Part shown: positions 56,132 through 64,000 of the stretch, one piece after another
Position numbering within the stretch: the first letter of the stretch is position 1
Layout of the letters: the number at the start of each line of letters is the position of its first letter
Source of the DNA: an uncultured Nitrososphaerales archaeon
GTDB taxonomy: Archaea; Thermoproteota; Nitrososphaeria; Nitrososphaerales; Nitrososphaeraceae
Length of the DNA: 64,000 nucleotides
Reading direction: 5' to 3'
Assembly: GCA_963695855.1 (NCBI GenBank)
Contig: CAVOHZ010000003.1
Location: 320,001-384,000 of the forward strand
Made by a program: the position numbers and the translations under genes
Notes under the pieces: generated by a model
Seen by the model: the letters and a program-made list of their open reading frames with translations, nothing else
What the model was told of the DNA's origin: nothing
Databases searched by the model: none

Positions 56132-56647
56132 ACTTGTCTGGATATCTCTTTTAGTATTTTTCCTTCTACATGTCATTCTATTACTCTCTTTTCTTTTTCG
56201 AATTTGTTCAATGTAGCTCACATCACTATAATATTATTTTAAAAAAGGGCTACTTAAATGGTAAGCTATGTTTAGTTAATTACCTTTTTTACCCTTTGTT
56301 ACCATTTGATACCTATTATTTTTCTCAAGTTCAATAGAATTTCATAAATTGCATCAACTATATGGCTAGATTTTTTTTTGTTTTTTGAATCTGAATCAGT
56401 GCTAAGTAGACATTTCAATCTTGTTTCGTTAAAACACCATCATCATCATTGTCCTCCATTTTGTTCTCCTGTAGCTTTGAACTGTGGATTGGAGATTTGA
56501 GCTTTGAATACTTCAGTTTCTGCTTTTATCAAGTCCATTTGAACCTTAGCCAGCTCATCTAATGCCTTATTCATATCTGCTTTACCAATTGAGTCTTTAA
56601 TTTGTTGAATATCTTTTGTAAATGAAGGTCGATTTTGTAATACTAAT

Positions 56648-57697
56648 TGTTGTACTTACCAACATAGGTTACAATTTCATTTACCGAGATAGGTAACACT
56701 TCCTAATCTGCTAGGAAGTGTATACAAAAATAGAATTACAAACAAAATTTAATTTAATTCATGAGAAAGAGTCGACTGGAGATACTGTAACTAATATCTG
56801 TAATAGATATCATACATCTAGAAAGTCATACTACAAATGGAAGAACAGGTACCTTGAGAATGGAATAGACGGTTTACGGGATAAAAGTAGGAAACCATAT
56901 AATATACAACCTGGAAAAGTAACAAATGAGATAGAACAGGAAATATTGGATTTACGTGTAACAAAAAGATTTGGTTGCAATCGCATAAGGTTCAGGTTAA
57001 GACGACTGAATGATATCTCCTTCAGTACAAAAACCATCTACAAGATACTGAAAAGACATGGACTGAACATACTAAGATGCAAGATCAGAAATAGAAAATA
57101 CAAAAGATTTGCAATGGAAAAACCCAATCAAATGGTACAGATGGACATTTTAGGACCATTTTACCTTGAGAATTCTACTCAAAAGAACTATTTTATCAGT
57201 TGTGAAGATGACTGTTCAAGAAAGGTAACAAGTGACTGGTCTGAAAGAAAACGAAGTGTAGATGTACTACAGGTACTGGAAGACTACATAGTAGAGAATG
57301 GTAAACCTCTCAAGGTACTGCATGATAATGGTAAACAGCTTACATCCAAAATATTCAGACGTTTTCTACAACGTAACAACATTAAAGATAAATCCATACC
57401 TGCTAGATATCCACAACTACAGGGTAAAATTGAAGCATATAACAAGATAGTCAAAAATGAATTTTTGGCAATAGAAAATATTTCCAACAGAGAAGAAGGA
57501 AAGAGAAGATATTCCATGTTTGTCAAAGCATACAATGAAACAAGAGAACATGGTGGAATCAATGGTCACACACCATCTGAAATGTTTCTTATGAAAGGAA
57601 GATTAAATAGTTGTAAGAATATCAAAACAAATAAGCAGATAAAAAGTGTTACCCATGTTGGTAAGTGAATCTGTTACCTATCTGTGTAAGTACAACA
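56648..57697 (+). mobile_element. Complete IS481-family element
   Basis: TIR TGTTGTACTTAC / GTAAGTACAACA; 6-bp TSD ACTAAT on both sides. Confidence 0.93.
56718..57668 (+). CDS. IS481-family transposase
   Basis: HTH, PNQMVQMD, DDCSR, HDNG, PQLQGKIE. Confidence 0.93.
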   Translation: MYTKIELQTKFNLIHEKESTGDTVTNICNRYHTSRKSYYKWKNRYLENGIDGLRDKSRKPYNIQPGKVTNEIEQEILDLRVTKRFGCNRIRFRLRRLNDISFSTKTIYKILKRHGLNILRCKIRNRKYKRFAMEKPNQMVQMDILGPFYLENSTQKNYFISCEDDCSRKVTSDWSERKRSVDVLQVLEDYIVENGKPLKVLHDNGKQLTSKIFRRFLQRNNIKDKSIPARYPQLQGKIEAYNKIVKNEFLAIENISNREEGKRRYSMFVKAYNETREHGGINGHTPSEMFLMKGRLNSCKNIKTNKQIKSVTHVGK

Positions 57698-57986
57698 ACT
57701 AATAATTGATTTTCTAGCTCAGAAATAGTTGAAGCTTCTTGAGTATTTCCATCATTAAGTGACTCTTTTGCATCCATTAGATTATCCTTCAATTCAAGTA
57801 TATTTAACGTCATCAGTGTTTGTATGTCCTTATAGTCTTATTAGCTCCAGTTGGCGTAGTTTGGTTCTGCATAGGAGCAGCTCCAGTTTGGTTCTGCATT
57901 GATGGGCTACTAAGGTTTGACATATGTGTTTGTCCTTGAATAGTATTGAGGAGGACAGATGGAATAGATAATATTTCAATTGCTAA

Positions 57987-58893
57987 GAGCCTATCCCAAA
58001 AATAGATAGGAATATAGCTCGTTGGTTTCCTATCATATATGATAATGTTTAAGAATAAAAAGTATGTTAGAACAATTATACGTATTCCAGACGATCTTTG
58101 GAATGAAATTAAAAATATTTTACCAGACGAAAAAGCAGAGAATACAATAGGCCGTCCAATTGTTCCTTATAGAAAAGTACTTGATGGCATCATGTTTATC
58201 CTGAGGACTGGATGTCAATGGAAAATGTTACCCAAAGAATATGGTTCTGGTTCTACCTGTCATAGACGATTTCAAGAATGGAGAGAATCAGGTATATTTG
58301 ATAAATTATGAAGCAGACTGTTAAAAATATACGATAACAAGAGAGGAATCAAATTGACATGGCAATCACTTGATAGCATATCCGTAAAATCACCTTTAGG
58401 GGGGCGATGACCGGAAATAATCCTACTGCTAATAGAAGTAAATTAGGGACGAAAAGACATATTCTAACAGATAAAGATGGTATTCCTCTATCTACTGTTA
58501 TAACATCTGCAAATACTCATGAGGTTACCGTTGCAATTGATACAGTTGATAGCATGGTTCTCAAAAGATCATCATATAAACTAAATGATGGAAAGAAGAA
58601 AAAGAAGACTAAAAAGCACAATCTATGTCTTGATAAAGCATATCATTCCAAAGATGTAGAACAAGAAATTATCAAGAGAGGATACATTCCGCATATACGA
58701 CACAGAAGAGAAGAACAAATATTTCGTAGAAAACATCCTGCAAGAAGATGGGTTTTAGAACGAACAAATTCATGGCATAACAGATTCAGGAAATTATTTA
58801 CACGGTATGAAAAGAAAGAGGAGAACTATCTGGGTCTTGTACAATTGGCTAATAGCATAATTATCTACAGGAGGATAATTTTGGGATAGGCTC
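57987..58893 (+). mobile_element. IS5-family element, two-ORF transposase with premature stop
   Basis: TIR GAGCCTATCCCAAAA / TTTTGGGATAGGCTC; TAA TSD; LRTGCQW, DKAY, RWVLERT. Confidence 0.92.
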
Positions 58894-59014
58894 TAAGGAT
58901 GTATAGACAAGAATAGTTAATTTTTTCAACTCGACAAATGTAATACTATATTATTTATAACAATTGTTCTAATTTCTGATAATATATAATATATAATAAT
59001 TTAGAATTACAGAA

Positions 59015-59977
59015 GGCTCTGTAGAATCCATTTAATAATAATTAAATTTAGCATCCTATGAAGATTGTATGTAATACATCTGAAAGTCAATTCTCTGTTC
59101 TGCATTCAATTCTCTGTTCTGCATTCGTATTAATCTGGATTATATATGTTCTCCAAACAATCTTTTTATGACTGATACAATAGTTTCATCTTTGTTACGT
59201 TGATTGTACAGAATCTTTGAATAGCCACGTTTCATTTCTTTTCTGTATTTGCCACGAGTTTTCGATATTGGTACATCTTTTTCATATCTTGATGGTATAA
59301 CACTGAATCCGTTTAGTTTCTCTCTAACTAGTACATGATTATCCTCACTATCATATGCTTTATCAGCAACAACTACCGATAATGGTTTTATTTTTGATAT
59401 TCTTGTTGTCACTGGTCTAAAATCTATGTTATCATGTCTTGTTGGAGCTCGCCTTATCTTTATAGAACAGACTATTTGTTGTAATACATCTGCACCAATT
59501 GACAATTTAGCATATTTCTTCCTTCGTAGTTTTGCTCTGCTAGTATAGTACTCTGATGCATGTGTTATTTTGAATCCAGTCGAATCTATGCCAGTAAATA
59601 TGCGTCTTGTTCCTGTGAATAAGATAAAAGATGAGATTATCTTTCCAAGCATCACTACATTGATTCTATCTGTGAATTTCTGTAATGTTGTATAATGTGG
59701 TATTTTGGATAGTTGTAAAAACAATCTCAAATAGTATGCTTCAACAAGCCAGTCTGTAAACATTCGATAACTCTTACCTTCATACTGTCTTATTATAACA
59801 AGTACTATGTGTTGCCATACTGTGTAAATGTGGTTGCTCTTTCTATGCAAATATAATGGTATTCTGCAATGTTTGAGAATACGTAATAGTTGATCTGCTA
59901 ATCTAACATATTTTGATTGTTGTTTGTTCAATAATTAATGGTAGAATGTTGCTAGCTATGATGGTTTCTACAGAGCC
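59015..59977 (-). mobile_element. IS5-family (ISH1-like) element with damaged transposase C-terminus (ORF 59140-59931)
   Basis: TIR GGCTCTGTAGAA / TTCTACAGAGCC; 8-bp TSD TTACAGAA; IDSTG, ADKAYD, Y-NQ-R-NKD-E; 19-bp duplication near 59090-59127. Confidence 0.9.
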
Positions 59978-60173
59978 TTACAGAACATGTAGTTTACTTT
60001 ATAATCGCTACCAATATACCCTTATCTGTCATCCTAATATTTTATTACCTATAACAATAATTCTTAAGAATAATCCATGAAAATATTTTATATTTTTCTA
60101 TGATGATATTCTTTAATGTAATTAATTTTACTTATTTATATAATTTGTTGTATTAGACTTATTGTAATCATAG

Positions 60174-61628
60174 ATGCAATCTATTAATCTTCTACATAAT
60201 TCTTCAATCGCAGAATCTAATAGCACTGGTATGGAGGACAATAACAATAACAATAACAATTATCATCCTATCACAATACTAATGGTGTCGACGGAATACC
60301 CACCTATGTACGGTGGCGTTGGAAGATACACCTACAATTTGACAAGTGCTTTACGCAAATTAGGACATACTGTTCATATAGCTTGCAATGAAAATGGTAA
60401 AGATGGTAATTTTTTTGGTTTATCCCCTTTTAATAAAAATAATTCAGAATTGTTACTAAATATAGTAAATAAAGTAAAACCAGATATTGTTCATATCCAA
60501 TTCGAGCATGGATTATATGGAGTAAAATTAGACCCAATAGAACCCAGAAATACACATACAAATATTGATTCTTTTTATGATATCTGTAAAGTTCCTATTG
60601 TAACAACATTTCATTCTGCCTATACTTTTAAACAATGGATGAAGCTAATTCCTTCAATAGGTTTAAACAATCATCATGAACATAATTCAATTTATCGAAT
60701 ACCTTTATTGATTGGATATTTATATCAAAATTGGAAACATTTTATAAATTTTTATTCTTTTCATAACTTAAATAATGAAAAGTTACTAAAAAGCAGAAGA
60801 GGAATTGTGTTATCAAATTATCTGAAAAATCGAATAATTGAAAAAATAGAAGATAACAAATATGATAGTGCAAGCAAATCAGACGTACATAATAATTATG
60901 AGTATAACAACAATTACAAAAATAAAAATGTCGTAATTTATCATGGTGCAGAACCAGCAGTATCTTATTTTTCAAATATCAAAGAAGAAGCAAGAAAACA
61001 ATTTGGTATTTATTTTAAAGACAACAAAACTAAAAGAAGAAAGAACTTGGCACTTGCTATAGGTTTTAGTAATAGTACCAAAGGATGGGATATTCTCTCT
61101 GACATTGATTTACCCGAAAATTGGTTCATTGTAGTTAATTCTTCAAAGAATCACTTTAACACAGAAAATTATAAACCAAAAACACTAAGTAAAAATTTTA
61201 AAGGTATCATTGATTTACATAGAGATTTTCTTAATGACACAGAACTTTCATTATTGTTTTATGCTTCTGACGTTGTTCTATTACCTTATAAGGTAAGTTC
61301 AGGTTCCGGCGTTATGTTTGATGCATTAGCACATGGTCTTCCCTTTATAGCAACAGATTTAGAATTTTTTAAGGAATTTGCGATAAAAGGTTTAGGCATT
61401 ACCGTCAAACGGGACCCTAAAGAATTTAAAAAAGCTTTGGAAGAAATGGAAGTTAATTATGAATATTATTGCAATTCAGTAAAGCAATTTAAATCATCTT
61501 TGAATTGGCAATCCATTGCTAACCAGCATAGTAAGTTATATAGTTCTATTTTAGCAGAAATAAAGTGTTCAAATATTACTCAGATATCACATCCTAGTAT
61601 CTTGCCAATAAACAAAATAAAGAAATAA
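60174..61628 (+). CDS. Glycosyltransferase family 4
   Basis: EYPP..GGV, DIVHIQ, TTFH, ASDVVLLPY...SGV..DALAHGLP. Confidence 0.9.
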   Translation: MQSINLLHNSSIAESNSTGMEDNNNNNNNYHPITILMVSTEYPPMYGGVGRYTYNLTSALRKLGHTVHIACNENGKDGNFFGLSPFNKNNSELLLNIVNKVKPDIVHIQFEHGLYGVKLDPIEPRNTHTNIDSFYDICKVPIVTTFHSAYTFKQWMKLIPSIGLNNHHEHNSIYRIPLLIGYLYQNWKHFINFYSFHNLNNEKLLKSRRGIVLSNYLKNRIIEKIEDNKYDSASKSDVHNNYEYNNNYKNKNVVIYHGAEPAVSYFSNIKEEARKQFGIYFKDNKTKRRKNLALAIGFSNSTKGWDILSDIDLPENWFIVVNSSKNHFNTENYKPKTLSKNFKGIIDLHRDFLNDTELSLLFYASDVVLLPYKVSSGSGVMFDALAHGLPFIATDLEFFKEFAIKGLGITVKRDPKEFKKALEEMEVNYEYYCNSVKQFKSSLNWQSIANQHSKLYSSILAEIKCSNITQISHPSILPINKIKK

Positions 61629-62610
61629 CTGAAAATTAACTAATACAGAACATTGAGTTTTTCTGTATAGAAATTGGATATAAAATTTTAATATAAAAAT
61701 AGAAATTAGCTGACCCCATACCGCTTTGTCTACCGATTCTGGCTTGTAACCTGATCTCTTAGCCGCACCGCTTGCAGAGTGAACAAGATCAGAGATGCTT
61801 TTGATGCCCTCTTTCTTAGCTCTTTCAATTCGTTTTACATCTGCTTCGATATCATGAAAGGTCTTTTTTGTATGAGGTAGTGCCTCGGAAGTTGGTGTGG
61901 CTTTGCCAGTATCCACTATTACTGCAGGCTCCTTCCTAGGATTGTTATGAACTTTACCCTCGGCATCTGTGTGTATTATTTGACCCTCCTTCTGAGTTAT
62001 AACATGATCCTTTTGTACATTTTTTCCCAAATCCTCCCGATTTTAGACCTTTGTATCGTAGTCGACCACATCATTTAATTTGACATCATCAGGATTTTCT
62101 CCTTCTGTTCCTGTCTTATCTATGATACCTATTGGGTTGTCTCTAACGTAGGCATACACATTGATACCATCCTTTAAACCAATCGGATCTGCACTTGTCC
62201 ATCTCCCTAACCATAGTATGTAGTATCTAACTCCCTGATAATTAAATCCGCTTTCCTCATGCCGTTCCATGCCTATATACCTATATCGCTTGAGTTTTAC
62301 CTCTGACGGGGTCCGTCCATACTGAAACGAAGTGCTTCCATATGATATATACTGTTCATATGAGATAATCTGTCCTTTTTCATCCAATTCAAGACTAACT
62401 GAACTGACATGATTACTGAATTGATAGCGAATAAGTTCTTTGGGTACATCTGGCTCTAGTTCTCCACCATGAGTACGCGTATCTATCAGAGCGATACGCT
62501 GTTTGTTGTCCATGACATGGAGTGTCTCGCGTTCTAGTTTGAGGATTCCAGATCCATTTCGTCTTCTGAATACCTCTATTGTTCCCAGATATATAGATTT
62601 TTTCTCCTTC
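61587..62610 (-). pseudogene. Orphan RHS repeat-associated core plus C-terminal toxin-like domain, with an in-frame stop
   Basis: RYRYIGMER..ESG, RYY..WLGRWTSADP, YAYVRDNP...DKTG; ORFs 62043-62513 and 61587-62030 share one frame separated by a single TAA. Confidence 0.8.
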
Positions 62611-63092
62611 TGTAAAAACCGCGTCTCAGTATAAATATATTCTTAAATGCTGACGTAACACTGGGTGCATTTATTTTCTGTCGTCTTAATACATAATTTT
62701 CTTCGGTGAGATATGTCTTTTATGACGTAACTAGAGATGATAATTTATTGACATCAGAAAGGATGTAATTGAAAAAATTTTCCCTCATCCAGTCGATGTT
62801 CATTTATGACAATTTAGTTTTTACGTTTTGAGGTGTTATCGAGCAGGAAATCATTCGGGCCCTATACATATACTAAATTAAATATGTTTAACTCTCTCAT
62901 GTACGAAATTATTCAGTAGAATTGACCTTAAAGTTAGAACTACTTAACCAGATACAGAGAAATTATATTGTTTTTAATTTTTCCGGTATAACATCAAAAA
63001 TGAAACAAAAAAAATGGTAGAGAATTTGAAATAAATTTCTTATAATTTTGATCTGTTTAAAAGTTATCTTAAGCTTTCCTATTTATTCACAA

Positions 63093-63320
63093 TCAATTAA
63101 TCAACCTTTCTAAAAAATACTTTCCTTTGTTTGTAACTCTCATCAATCCGCTATCGTCAATAAATAAAAATTCTTTGTCTAATAAAAAATCAGAATAAAA
63201 TTTAAATTTATAATGAGATAAATCAAATTTAGTTATTATGTGAGATCTTCGATTTCCCTCGATACAAGACTCTAGAATTGAAGAAATGATATTGATATTG
63301 GTTTTATATTTATCACTCAT
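63093..63320 (-). CDS. Small winged helix-turn-helix regulator
   Basis: IISSILE...LS...Y..FL...VTNKG..FL archaeal wHTH pattern. Confidence 0.8.
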   Translation of the reverse strand: MSDKYKTNINIISSILESCIEGNRRSHIITKFDLSHYKFKFYSDFLLDKEFLFIDDSGLMRVTNKGKYFLERLIN

Positions 63321-63423
63321 AATACTATATGTGCATAAACATTTATAATTGTTGAAATGTCAATATCATGAGGTTAAATAACAGAATTTTTTTGAGGGTT
63401 TCCCCATATAAATAGTATCTAAG

Positions 63424-64000
63424 TCAAGTGCCGTCATTAACGTCATAATACCATCTTCCAAATCTATTATCAAGATATTCTGATATTACATCTTTTTGTT
63501 CTTCTATACTGGTATAGAATCTGTTTGCACATACATCTGATTTTATACGTTGATTTACGTTTCTCTCATTTGGATTAAGGTATGGTGCTCTCTTTGGAAG
63601 ATGTATTACAGTGAGCCAGTCTTCTTTCTGTGCATTTACATATTCTCTAGTCATCTTGCTTATATGAAATGAAGCGTTATCCCATATCAGTACAATTCTT
63701 TTCCAACTATTTTTCATTACATGTATCTTGAGATTCTCAAGATGGTGTATCGCATTGGTGGAATTTGATCTGTCATAGAAATCATACAACAGGTTCTGTT
63801 CAGGCCATAACATGGATATGTACATTGAGAATTTCTCTCTACTACCATTATGTCTTATTTTTTGCTGTTCACCTTCAAAACTCATTGACTTGCGAATACA
63901 TGGTTTCTGTGTTACTATAGTTTCATCTTCAAACACCAGCATTACCATCTTTTTTTGAGAGCCGAGGCTACTTGTTTGTAGTTCTTTACTTTTTTCTTTC
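63424..64000 (-). mobile_element. IS630-family transposase, 3' part (runs off the window)
   Basis: FEDET, WDNASFH, LPKRAPYLNPNE; A7G slippery run at 63949-63956 on the minus strand. Confidence 0.88.

Larger units (their letters stand above)
56416..58929 (-). pseudogene. Paralog of the 11983 secreted protein, interrupted by IS481 and IS5
   Basis: Reconstructed MKKLTILVYTSL|AIEILSIP...LMTLNILELKDNLMDAK...ENQLL|VLQNRPSFTKDIQQIKDSI...DLIKAETE. Confidence 0.8.

Overview
AT-rich archaeal chromosome segment, most likely a soil ammonia-oxidising thaumarchaeon (Nitrososphaeraceae, Ca. Nitrosocosmicus-like). The taxon is inferred from the TFB paralog, lineage-typical tyrosine recombinases, stand-alone receivers and low GC. 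The window opens with an A/V-type ATP synthase operon (K-E-C-F-A-B). About 23 kb of small secreted, stress and regulatory genes follow (nadE, TFB, phosphatases, C2H2 micro-proteins). A mobile-element-rich accessory region runs from about 28.8 kb to the end, with integrase remnants, tRNA-3'-end att-like repeats, IS5/IS481/IS630/IS110/IS6-like pieces and an orphan RHS toxin tip. The best candidate for an undescribed system is a roughly 9 kb module at 29.0-38.0 kb. It encodes a CarH-type cobalamin photoreceptor (W-x9-EH plus ExHxxG) with a non-MerR N-terminal domain, a CPD photolyase, SRPBCC/TIGR01777-like and SDR oxidoreductases, and two His-containing membrane proteins. A shared TAGTGCYAACT-like motif sits upstream of several of these genes, and the module is bounded by inverted copies of a recombinase-associated end sequence. 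This looks like a mobile archaeal B12-dependent light-response regulon. All calls come from reading motifs by eye; no database searches were run.
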